Assembly: GCA_013607775.1 (NCBI GenBank) | Contig: VCAW01000040.1 | Location: 1 to 51,415, forward strand | DNA from: Campylobacterota bacterium | Lineage (GTDB): Bacteria; Campylobacterota; Campylobacteria; Campylobacterales; Sulfurovaceae | Reading direction: 5' to 3' | Length of the DNA stretch: 51,415 bases | Part shown: in pieces, positions 12,451 to 23,308 of the stretch | Numbering within the stretch: the stretch's first letter is position 1 | Layout of the letters: each line of letters opens with the position of its first letter | Made by a program: the position numbers and the translations under genes | Notes under the pieces: model-generated | Told to the model about the DNA's origin: nothing | What the model saw: only the letters and a program-made list of their open reading frames with translations | The model's database searches: none

Positions 12451-15400
12451 CGTCGGTGCATCATTCACAGCATCTACTGTAATAGTAACCGTATCTGTAT
12501 CAACCCCCAGTGATGCATCCATAATCTCAGCTATTTCTGCTGCAGTTAATGCACTATCATAGACACGTGCATCATCTATCATACCATCGAAGAAAAATTG
12601 TGTTTCATCAGAGTCAGCATGACGACCAATAGTTGAGTTAGTTAGTGTTCCTCCTGCTATAGCAGGAGCGGTATAACTAATAGAGTTCGTCACTGTAGCA
12701 TTGGCAACTACCACACCATCTAAGTATAAAGTTTGTTCATTATTCGTGTCATCAAATGTATAAGCAACATGATGCCAACCTGTTCCAGATATCGCCGTAT
12801 TGCTCTGCAATGTAATCCAGTCAGTATCGTCCCCGTTGATATTTCCTTGATAAAATATCCCCTGCAATCCATCACTTGTATCCCAGTCACCTGCTCTTAA
12901 TATAACTGAATCACCTAATGAGATGACCTCACCTACTTCAGCACCGGTAAAGTTAATCCATGCAGACAGTGTGACATCGGTGGGTTCACCATATAGACCG
13001 TTTATTTCTACTCCGTCACTCAAGGTAGTATCATCAAAACTAAGTACATCCCCTCTCGTTACGTCATTGACCTGCGTTGCTCCTACTACAGTACCATCAT
13101 AAGAGATACCCGCACCGCTATCTTCCCCGAGATTGGTCAAGTTGTCAAATGTATAAGCACCTATAAGATTGGTGTCATCATGGGTCTCGATATGAAGTGA
13201 TACCGAACCATTAAAGTCTGCATCGGGAGTAAAACTCAAACCATCTAGCGCCGTGCTGATATCGGCTAAGGTACCTGTGAAAGTCATAGTACTACTTACG
13301 TTACTGCCACTGACAAACGTAAGTCCTGTCGTTCCCGATAAATTTAAAATACCATCATTGACACTAAGACTTGTTTCCAGCAGACCTACACCTACATCCG
13401 CATCGGAGATAGAGATAAGGTTTCCATTGGCTGTATTAAATACCAATGCAGTATCTTCATCTGTATGCTCTACAGGTGTATATGCAAGCTGCACATCATC
13501 AAAATCAACATTGGCGACACTTGCAGGGTCACCAATATTATAAAACTCTATAGTTAAGGCATCTCCGTAATTCGCAGAGTATGTTGCCAATGTAGAAGCA
13601 TCAAGGTTTAGTGTTGCTTCCACAAAAGAGTCATTGGCAGGGTCAAAATCCGCATTGGAGACAGAACCCAAAAGCTGACTTCCTCCATACAAACGCATCT
13701 CCCAACCACTGGCATCTTCTGCTAGAGATTCATCTCCTACCATAGCTGTAAGCGTATAGCTTCTGTCTGCTTCAAAGGTTTCTGTAAGTACCTGTGAAAT
13801 AGTTGCTCCAGCAGTACTTGCATCAATATAAGCAACATTTTCTCCATCAATGACTGAGGGATCACTATATGCAGGAGAGTCAATATTCCATACACCCGTA
13901 GAAGCAGTCGTTGTCCATCCACTAATGGTATCCATAGTCACATCACCATCAGCCAAAACATCTGCTTCAAAACTTGGGTTGGTGATGGCGACTGATACTG
14001 TTTGTTGCAACTGTATCTCCGGTGGTGTATCGGCTGCCTGAAGCTCCCATGCAAGTTCAAGACCATCTCCCCCAAGACCTTCTGTACTCCCTACTGCCGC
14101 AGTCACATCAAAAGTCAAGGTTGTATAGGTACCGTTCACCTGCACAGAGCCTGCAGCAGCACCAAGTGATGGGTCTGCATCTGCCTCACTCGTATTAGAA
14201 ACAACATCTCCAACCGTACGATAAAAACTGTCTGGTGTCACATTTAAATGACCCACACCTGCCAGTTGCGTTAAAGTAGCACCTGCTGTTGTCACTGTCC
14301 ATTCAGAAGAATTAGATAACCCACCCCCCAGATCCACCAAGTCTATCAATATGAAGAATAGGATTTACCACTGCGGTATCAAAAGTGAAAGTAACCGTAA
14401 CCGTTTGTGCATCATCTGAAGCTTCAGGGGTATCATCCCAAAGTATTTCCATGTAAACAGAGTCTGCACCCTGCACATAAGCATCAGAGAAAAATACATT
14501 GGTCGTCAGGTTGTCGGCAGTGACATTTTGTACAATTGTGCCTGCTGGCGCAGAAAATGACATATCGACCGTCACAGGTAAAATAGTTGCCGTGGTTGTA
14601 CTGCTATAAGGTTCCGTTGTCGTCCATGCTCCAGTAAGATTTTCAACCGTTAGAAGTTCATTCCATGCATTCTGAACCGCATCGGAGACTACTACAGAAG
14701 TGTCAATCACACCTACTGAATACTCTAAATCCCAATCTCCGTCTAAAAGTGCATTTCCTGTTTTATCTGTTGAGCTGGCGACATCAGCACCTGTCAAGGT
14801 TGCCAAAGTATCCGTTAAGGTTACCCCCATCACTATCTAAAGAGACATCACATCCATACAGTAAGATATCTGCATCTTCTGAAAGTGCATCTGACCAAGA
14901 AGATATGGCCTCACTGTTCTCTAAAATATCATCATTTTCCAACCATGTATCACCCAATGAAAAAGCGCCATCACTCCCATGGGAGATAACATGAATAGCA
15001 TCCAAATCCGTATAATTAGACAATATCTCTGAAACCTGTTCCACTCCATTCTCTTCGGCATCAAGTACTACCACTTCAATGGTTCTTGTCTCATCACTCG
15101 GCTCTAGCCCATCAATAAGTTCTTGGTAGTCTGTAACATCAGAATTTACCAAGACAAGTTCTGTACGTGGTTCATCTGTTGTGTCACTCACCTCTAATAA
15201 AGAAGTGTCATCTACAATGTCTATAGATGTTTCATCTTGCACAAGTACAACTTCATCAACGGTTAGCTCTATATCAGTTGTCTCTACAGTAGGAGTATTT
15301 TCTACTGTATCATCTTGAATCAGTACTGTATTTTCTCCCGAAAGTTCTGTATCTATGGTCTCTTCAGTTTCAGGTGTTTCATCTAAAACTTCAACTTCAG

Positions 15401-15723
15401 GGGATTCACTATCGTTTGCAGTAGTATTAGTCTTACTTTCAGTTCCTTCTGACTCTGGACTATCCTCAGTAGAAGCTGCATCTTCTGTCATTGATGTGGT
15501 TTCTGTGTCATTAGAGACATCTATTGTACTGTTTGCTGTCTCTTCTTCATACGTTGTCTGTGCATTTTCTACAAGGGTATCACCCTCTGCAGTAATGTCC
15601 TGTACATTATCTGTCGGGATAATCACATCTGCACCAGGAAGATCTGCTGCCATCATAAAACGTGGTTCCAATACTTCAATTAAAACTGAAGGTCGCTTTA
15701 ATTTTTTTGCAGGCAGAATCTTT

Positions 15724-16599
15724 TTAGTCATGGCGTGACGTTACTCCCTGCTTAGAAGATAATGCATCTTTTTCAGTGAACTTCAAATCACAACGCAAGC
15801 CTGCAGCTATTTTATACTCAGGGTTGGGTAAAAGCAAACGTACACCAAAGGTACCACTTGCTGCATCTATCACTTCATCTACCTGTGAAACTTTCACTTC
15901 CCAACCTTTGCCAGCATTTTTATCTGTACATACTCTAGCATGCATCCCTACTTTAATAGTATTTTTTTGTGCCACGGGTACGATGAGTTCAACATATAAA
16001 GGATCAAGCTGTGCTAAACGTATCACAGGATCATCATCTATATACTCACCTATAGTTTTAAAACGTTCCATCACAACACCATAAAAAGGTGCATGTATCG
16101 TTCTGTGTGCAAGTCTGGCTTTGGCTTGTTTTAACTTATTCTGGGCAAGCATCTGTTTTTCTTTAGCCTGCAAGAGTTTAATTTCTGCAAGCTGAGTAGT
16201 TACCTTGGCTTTGTCATAATCGTGAAGAGAAAACGCTTTGTCATCATATGCATGTTTGGCTCGATCTTCTTCTCTTTTGGCATAAGTAAGATTTACTTTT
16301 TATAACGATATTTCCGAAATATCTGACGCTTGTTTACTTGCTAAGGCAACAGTTGCCTGTTCAACCTCATCATCCAAGACAGCAATAACAGCACCTTTTT
16401 CAACAAAGTCATTACGGTCAACCATAATACGATGGATAACCCCGCGGTCATTAGACCCAAGATCTGCCACATTACTTGGTATGACAACACAATCAAACGT
16501 ATCTGTTGTCATATTCATATCAGCCATACTTAAAGAAGGTACGATGACTAACAATATAGCTATTTTACGATACAAACGTATTAAAAAAATCTTATGCAT
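15724..16599 (-). pseudogene. HlyD/RND-type periplasmic adaptor (membrane fusion protein) with a nonsense mutation
   Basis: ORFs 16300..16599 and 15724..16173 share a frame, separated by TAA at 16300-16302. Lipoyl half-motifs GVIHRIMVDRNDFVEKG and TIHAPFYGVV; DAASGTFGVRL. Confidence 0.87.
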
Positions 16600-16669
16600 T
16601 CTTTCCCTTATCTTTTTATATTCTATCTCATAGTATCTTTATCAAAAATAAATCATATATGTCTTATTT

Positions 16670-18808
16670 TCATTTATGATAAAAATGTCTCAAAAAGAGT
16701 TGATTAAAGCGCAATGCCAACTGTTTTGCTACAGATAATTTTCCATGATTTAAACGTACATACACGCGTCCACCAATCTGACTTTTATGTATATTTTTTG
16801 GCATGACCAAATCTATCTCAAAGACAGGTGTTAACAATTTTGTTGCACTTTTATCCCTTCGGTCTACAGGGAATATGCCTCCGCCAGCTGTACCCAGTAC
16901 GGCACTTGCCAAATGTCCTGTTGCTTGAGGGGTTTGACGGATAATCTCACTTCTATAGGTCTGCGATATGTCATTGGCAAACTTACAGTCAACCTCCGTC
17001 TCATAACTTTCTAACAACCCTATACGTGCTTGGGGTACCACTGCTTTGATCATGAGTTTCTTATCATTAATAATGTACCCTAAAGTATCCCCTTGATGCA
17101 CATATTGCCCTCTCATATCTTCTGTACTAGAGGCTATAAATTTTCCCTTACTCATACTTTTTATCTCTAAATCATTTATCTTCTGTTTCAACGCCTTATA
17201 TTGATCATTTGCTGCATCTATATCATCTTTAAGCATTGCGGCTTTCGTCCGATTCTTTCGCTCTTCAGAAAGATATTCTGCTTGCAACTCATTCAGATGA
17301 TATTTGAGTGCTTTATACTCCGACAACAAGGTATCATCATGTAGCTGAATTAAACTCTGATTTACATCAACTTGTGTATTGGAAGGAACAAATACTTTTT
17401 CGACAAAACCCGATGTGCCTGCAGTTACCTGTGCATCACCATCTGTCCAAACTACCCCTTCTGTATAGGTAATCAGCGACACCGGTATGGAAAGCAATAT
17501 AACGATAATAACACTCCCAAACAACACAACCCCAATAGCCCTTGCGCGATGCAAACTAAGTGATTCATTAAAGAGAAGGAATTTTATACCTTTAATCAAA
17601 GGTATAATCAACTGCATAGTCAACGTCCATGTCGCGAGTGCTACACCTATCACTAAAAAGTTATCTACCAAATAAAGTGCGATGCTAAACATAATCATAA
17701 AACGGTATACCGGTGCAGCAAAACCATAAAAAAGAAACCATTTCTATTCCCCCACTGCAGTAACCGGGCTTTGTACATTTGAGATCTTTAAAATATACTT
17801 CTGTATCAAGTAATAATAATAACGCTTGGCACGTGTAGCAAGATTGGGGATTTCCAACCAATCTTCAAAAACAAAATAACCATCATAACGCATGAGTGGA
17901 TTTCCATTAAACAACAGCGTAGAAAAAGTAGCAATAATAATAACATTAAGTGCCATATCCTTTACGATACCAGGTTCTACAGCCAACCATAAAAAAAGTG
18001 CCAACGAGGCAAGAAAAAGTTCTACAAAAATACCTGCTGCACCTACAGCCATGCGTCTCCACTTATTGCCAAAGGTATATGAATCTGTAGCATCTACATA
18101 AGGTACAGGCATAAATATCAGTAGATTAATGCCCATTTCACTAACTTCTCCACCCCAAGTTTTTAATGCAAGCCCATGACCAAGTTCATGCATTGCCTTA
18201 ATAAAAGGGTAGATTAACCACATTGCCAATAACTGTCCAGAAGAAATATCCAGTGACAACATTGCATTTTTCAATTCACCTGCATGTGTCAACCCTAGTA
18301 ACAGTGCAAGCATAAGAGTCAACGCCCAAATCCAAAGTCCCCACGTAGAAAAAAGTATTTTTCCTAAAGGGGCCAATGCATTTAACAACTTATCGGGATT
18401 TAATAAAGGAAGTTTAATTGAAAGTGGGTTCATATAGGAACGTTGACGTTTTTTCTTTTTTGAAGCTTTGTATTGATGAAACACATCTTGTGCATTCACC
18501 GGTAAACCACCTTTAAGGACTTCTGCAGCATCAAGTTGCCCCAATAGACCTATAACATCTTCTTGTGTAAAAGGATAGTCATTTTGTGTTTCATTCGCAT
18601 GATCAAGTATCTCTTCTAAAGTCAGGTCACCATCAAAACGTCCCAAGATTGCATACGCATGTTCATTAAATCGTAAATATTGTTTTGAGGAATGATCATG
18701 TAAGACATACCAACGCTCGCCACGATACACATGAGGGATAACCTCAACATGTCCACGTAATTGCGGTTTTAAATGTGCAACATACTGCCATAATGGATGT
18801 GTAGTCAT
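16670..18808 (-). pseudogene. M50 (site-2) metalloprotease fused to an N-terminal PqqD/RRE-like domain and a C-terminal HlyD-like adaptor, with a nonsense mutation
   Basis: HELGH zinc motif and NGNPLMRYDGY motif among TM helices. ORFs 17744..18808 and 16670..17698 share a frame, separated by TAG at 17744-17746. C-terminal half has lipoyl/coiled-coil adaptor pattern (SGFVEKV, GQYVHQGDTLG). Confidence 0.85.
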
Positions 18809-18818
18809 TTAAATACTC

Positions 18819-20638
18819 CTACAGTCCCAAAGACCAAAACCATAAACGGATACGATCCAATAGTGTATGAGACAGTACCCACAGCACATTTTCCTCACCT
18901 ACATTTACTTTAGCAATACCTTGCATACCTGGTTTAAGTTTTGTCTCATTGCCATCAGTAAGTTTGGCTTCAACTCGAAAATAGTTACCGCCATTGGCAA
19001 CAGTAGAAATAGGAATAATACGTGAAATAGATATATCCAATGCATCATATGGTAAACCTACCAAACGTAAAGAGCCTTCCTCTTTTACTGTCAATTTTGA
19101 GATATCTTCATCTTCCACATTCAAAATAACCCTATAATTACCAAGAGGAGAAACTTTAAAAAGTGCCTCTCCCTTCTCAACAGGTGCCCCCAAAGGCTGA
19201 CTCAAATCACCCGATACAACAATACCACTAAAAGGTGCTTTTATAGTACTTCTCTCCACCTTTTCCTCTACAAGGTCTATGCGTGCATTCACTTGAGAAA
19301 TTTGTGCAGAGAGTATACTTACTTTTGCACGTTCTCGCAGTGCCAATGCTTCTCTGTACTCCTTTTTGATCTTCCCACGTTCACTTACAAGCTTACGGTA
19401 TTCCAGTTTGAGATCATGGTCTGCCAACTGTACCATCACTTCTCCTGCATCAACCTTTCCACCTGCACGTACATTTGCCTTTTCAATAAATCCATCATAA
19501 GGTGCCACAATCACTTGCTGTATTGCACCTTCTAATGTAGATTTTGCATAGATATAATAAGGTATTTTCACAATAAGCAGTGTGATGAGCAGTGTCAATA
19601 TACTAGCTAAAAGAAGTTTGAACCTAAAATGCCCTTTCCCAAATAGCCATCGTAACTTCTGTTTTATATTTTGAAATACTTTTGTAAACAAAGTATCTTC
19701 CTCTTTTAGCTTAAAGGCTAAAACTGAACTTAACAACTCACTGCTTCGTTGGAGTACTTTATATTCATCATTTCTAAATGGTTTGTTTTTAGACCGCATC
19801 AATAAAAGTGTGGCAAAAACTGTTTCCTCTTTTTCTAAAGGAATCGTCATTATTGAAGCATCCTCATTAAGTCTAGACAATGTCTGATGTTTTTGTATCA
19901 CACAAGACGCTATATCATCTACTTTAGGATATATAATACTTTGTTTCTGATCAGAAGCTTCTTCCATAGCAAGCTCCATATCTCGTACCATAGAGGTACG
20001 CGAATCAAAACGAAGTTGATGAGAAAGTCCCAAAATATGTACATTTAAACCATCAACTTCACCCAGACCAACCCGTGTACAATGAAAATACTCCGCAAAA
20101 AAATTGGAAATGTGATACGCTGTCAACGCCATAGGTTCATCTTTCAAGCCTATTTCTATCATACTATGAATAAATTGATTTACATCTCCCATCTCTTCAG
20201 AGCTTGCTTCCAATGTAGACTCAAGCCAGGTAACACCCCACTGAAACAATTGTAAAACTGCTTTTTTCTGTTCTTCTGAACGTACTGCCTGTAAAAAACA
20301 ACCGCACCTATAACTTCGTTATTTTTATGTAAAGGTAGTGTAATAGTATCACATACCATAGCACTGCTATCTAATGTACACGTTAATTTTGATACCATAC
20401 TCTTACGACCAGACACGACATCTCGTGCCAGTTCATAAAGTTTAGTATCCATACCCTCCCAACTACTCTCAGAAGACCACTTTGTGACCATTTCTAAAAT
20501 ATCATCATTTTGTTCATTTTGTAAAAAAACTGCACTAATTCTCACATCAGAAATCATTTTACATTGCCATATAAGCCAACGAGATGCAACAGAAGAGAAA
20601 GAGTGTAATGAAATATCTTCAGAAGTAATTTATGACAT
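18819..20638 (-). pseudogene. HlyD-family adaptor with N-terminal cytoplasmic GAF-like domains, disrupted
   Basis: GAF-like segments (TITLPL...IGAVV; MEEASDQ...IMTIPL), TM helix, then VAPYDGFI and IKAPFSGIVVSGDL, KPGMQG. Frameshift at A6 20293-20298. Probable ATG at 20638 after AAGGA is followed by in-frame TAA at 20630-20632. Confidence 0.8.
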
Positions 20639-20962
20639 GATGTATCATTTCCTTAATATTTATTTCAAGATACAGTCTGCCATTAAAAGATTTATAGCAA
20701 CCTGGCAATCTTTATCTAAAGACCCATAGTTTAGCTTGAATATAAAAAGGTATTATAGCACATAAATGTTGTCCAAATGTTATTGTAAATCATTTACAAG
20801 TTTTAGGTTTTGTAGATATATGGATTATTATATGTAGAAGATACTCTACTAAATTGGAAGAAATTTATTTTGATGGGGTATGTGCAATGAGGAAGTTTAC
20901 TTCAAGTAAATGACTGAATGAAGTATACTTCATCCAATCAAATATAGAGTAAAATAGAAAAA

Positions 20963-22015
20963 CTAGTTCATTTGTGCAGCAACTTCTGCTGCGAAATCTT
21001 CTTCTTCCACTTCAATACCTTCACCCACTTCAAGTCTAACGAAGTTTGTGATTTCGGCTTTTCCACCTGATTTTTCTGCAAAGTGCTCAGCAACTGTTTT
21101 GCTGTCATCCATTACAAATTTTTGGTCAAGAAGACATTGCTCTTGATCAAGTGTTGTGTTGTCAGAGATAAATCTTGCGATTTTACCTGGAAGGATTCTG
21201 TCCCAGATTTTTTCTGGTTTACCTTCTGCTGCAAGTTCAGCTTTAAGTGCCACTTCTACCTCTGCCATAACTGTGTCAGTAATTTGACTCATAGAGATGT
21301 ACTTTGGTACATTTTTAAGAGGTTTACCAAGTCTTACAAGCTCTTCATTCTCTTTTTCGATAGCTACGATTCTACCTTTAGTCTCATCTGCTACATACTC
21401 AGCATCAAAGTCTTTGTAAGAAAGTGTTGTTGGGCTCATTGCTGCAGCGTGCATTGCGATCTCTTTAAGTACTGGAGTCATCGCTTCAGCAACATCTGCT
21501 GATTCACATTTTGCTTCAATAATTACACCATTTTGCTTGTTAGAGTGAACATAGCCGTTTACAGCTGTATTCTCATCTGCATCAATAAGCTCAGAACGTC
21601 TCACAACAAGTTTTTCACCGATAGTAGCTACTTGCTGAGAAAGGTACTCTGCAAATGGCTCACCATTGATAGTAGATGCATTGATTGCTTCTGCATCTGC
21701 AAGACTATTGTCAAATGCGTGGTTTACAACATCTGACATAAGTGCTACAAATTTGTCGTTTTGAGCAACAAAGTCTGTTTGAGAGTTAATCTCAACGATA
21801 ACAGCTTTTTTACCTTCAACTTTAACACCGATAGCACCTTCAGCAGCTACTTTACCAGCTTTTTTAGCTGCAGCACCCATACCTTTGTCACGTAACCAAG
21901 CTACTGCTTTATCCATGTCTCCATCAGACTCAGCAAGTGCTTTTTTACAATCCATCATTCCAGCATCAGTCATCTCTCTGAGTTTTTTAATGTCTTTAGG
22001 TCCGAAGTTTGCCAT
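20963..22015 (-). CDS. tsf: Translation elongation factor Ts
   Basis: IKKLREMTDAGMMDCKKAL, EINSQTDFVA, IGEKLVVRR, FVRLEVGEGI; directly downstream of rpsB. Confidence 0.98.
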   Translation of the reverse strand: MANFGPKDIKKLREMTDAGMMDCKKALAESDGDMDKAVAWLRDKGMGAAAKKAGKVAAEGAIGVKVEGKKAVIVEINSQTDFVAQNDKFVALMSDVVNHAFDNSLADAEAINASTINGEPFAEYLSQQVATIGEKLVVRRSELIDADENTAVNGYVHSNKQNGVIIEAKCESADVAEAMTPVLKEIAMHAAAMSPTTLSYKDFDAEYVADETKGRIVAIEKENEELVRLGKPLKNVPKYISMSQITDTVMAEVEVALKAELAAEGKPEKIWDRILPGKIARFISDNTTLDQEQCLLDQKFVMDDSKTVAEHFAEKSGGKAEITNFVRLEVGEGIEVEEEDFAAEVAAQMN

Positions 22016-22017
22016 AA

Positions 22018-23058
22018 TTACGCCTTTGCCAATTCTTTTGCAGATGCTACAGCGTCTTTGAAGTCGCCTTTGAAAGAGTATTTGTCTTCCATAACTTGAA
22101 TCTGTGCTTCTGTCATGTTTGCTACATCATCAAATGTGTAGAAACCTTCGTCATTGAGTTTTCCTTGGTATACTTTACCAACACCAACGATTTTAGTAAG
22201 GTCATCACCTTTTTTCTCTTCTTTTGCTGCTTTAGGTGCAGGAGCTGCTTTTTCTTCTACAAGTTTAGCTACTTCAGTTTCAGTTGCTGGTGCTGCTGCT
22301 TCTTCAGCCGCTGCTTCAGCCATTACAGCTTCCATTTCACCTGCTGCTACTTCTTCTGCATTATCACCGTTAGCTTCAGCGTATGCTGCTTTACCTTCGA
22401 TAATCGCTTCAGCCATCTCTTTACAGAAAAGGTTGATTGAACGGATTGCATCATCATTTCCTGGAATTGGGTAATCGATAACATCTGGGTCACAGTTAGT
22501 ATCAAGTGGTGCTACAACTTTCATTCCCATTCTTTTTGCTTCTTTTACTGCGATGTGTTCTTTAACAGCATCAACAACAAACATCAACTCTGGAAGTTTT
22601 TTCATGTGTCTGAAACCTTCTAGGTATGAAGAAAGTTTTTCTTTTTTTCTTAAAAGCATCAATGCTTCTTTTTTTGTAAGCATATCAAGTTGACCATTCT
22701 CTTCCATTTGCTCGATGATTTCGAGTTTTCTGATAGATTTTTTCATTGTTGGGTAGTTTGTTAACATTCCACCTAACCATCTTGTTGCAACGTAAGGCAT
22801 ACCACATCTCTCAGCGTGCTCTTTTACTGCTTGACGTGCTTGTTTTTTAGTTCCTACGAAAAGTACTGTTTGTCCTTCTGCAGCTGCGTCTCTTACTACG
22901 TTGTAAGTATATTTGAAGTATCTAAGTGTTTTTTGAAGGTCGATAATATAGATGTTTTTTCTTGCACCGAAAATGAATTTTTTCATTTTTGGATTCCATC
23001 TTCTAGTTTGGTGTCCGAAGTGTACTCCACACTCCAATAGGTCTTTCATTGTTACCAT
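22018..23058 (-). CDS. rpsB: 30S ribosomal protein S2 with a C-terminal Ala/Glu linker and HhH-like domain
   Basis: [49 protein letters not shown]. Confidence 0.98.
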   Translation of the reverse strand: MVTMKDLLECGVHFGHQTRRWNPKMKKFIFGARKNIYIIDLQKTLRYFKYTYNVVRDAAAEGQTVLFVGTKKQARQAVKEHAERCGMPYVATRWLGGMLTNYPTMKKSIRKLEIIEQMEENGQLDMLTKKEALMLLRKKEKLSSYLEGFRHMKKLPELMFVVDAVKEHIAVKEAKRMGMKVVAPLDTNCDPDVIDYPIPGNDDAIRSINLFCKEMAEAIIEGKAAYAEANGDNAEEVAAGEMEAVMAEAAAEEAAAPATETEVAKLVEEKAAPAPKAAKEEKKGDDLTKIVGVGKVYQGKLNDEGFYTFDDVANMTEAQIQVMEDKYSFKGDFKDAVASAKELAKA

Positions 23059-23144
23059 TTTGTCTCCTTGACATTATAATCATAATAAAATTTTCCATGC
23101 ACATTATGCATAAAAATTTCGTTAAAAGCACATTGCTTCATCAC

Positions 23145-23262
23145 TAGGTTTAATCCGCTGTAGTCCTCAATGTTTATGCTATACAAGCATCACACAACCG
23201 TGCAAGGAATAACTACATGTGTATTTTCCATTACTCTCAAAAGAATAAGGAACGCGATTATA
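23145..23262 (-). promoter_or_regulatory. rpsB promoter -10 and structured S2 autoregulatory leader (t44-like)
   Basis: TATAAT at 23257-23262 (minus), then ACAC-ATGTAGTT...CGGTTG...GAGG-ACTACA...AAACC with pairing GTAGT/ACTAC arms, resembling rpsB leaders. Confidence 0.55.
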
Positions 23263-23308
23263 CCGAAATGTTTTTTAAGATTTTATAAAAGTGGAGGAAT
23301 TCAAGATA

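Larger units (their letters stand above)
7523..15731 (-). pseudogene. Giant surface protein/adhesin (LEPR-XLL leader, DUF4347, LamG, delta-60 repeats, cadherin/Ig-like repeats), ~2,735 aa when repaired
   Basis: Four ORF pieces join via single-base changes in homopolymers at 14824-14828 (C5), 14324-14329 (C6) and 11512-11515 (T4); the frame from ~11510 to 7523 is open. Motifs: LEPRFMMAAD; [24 protein letters not shown] (DUF4347); WHHVAYTFD (LamG); repeated VNDAP linkers; hydrophobic C-terminal segment. Confidence 0.88.
2870..20900. other. Accessory genomic island (export/adhesion locus) between tsf and the ABC ATPase gene; boundaries approximate
   Basis: Interrupts the rpsB-tsf-ABC ATPase order I recall from Campylobacter jejuni. 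No integrase or att repeats seen. Confidence 0.6.

Noticed and set aside
8070-15738. Many plus-strand ORFs over the adhesin
   Set aside because: Antisense shadows of a codon-biased Thr/Asp/Ser-rich gene, with no recognisable motifs.
2990-20632. Stop-codon reassignment or readthrough to explain the in-frame stops
   Set aside because: Both TAA and TAG occur as internal stops, both end normal genes elsewhere in the window, and frameshifts occur in the same genes.
20640-20962. Attachment site or ncRNA at the island's right edge
   Set aside because: Only short palindromes (gaagtttacttc, atgaagtatacttcat) were seen, with no repeat shared with the left edge at 2817-2926.
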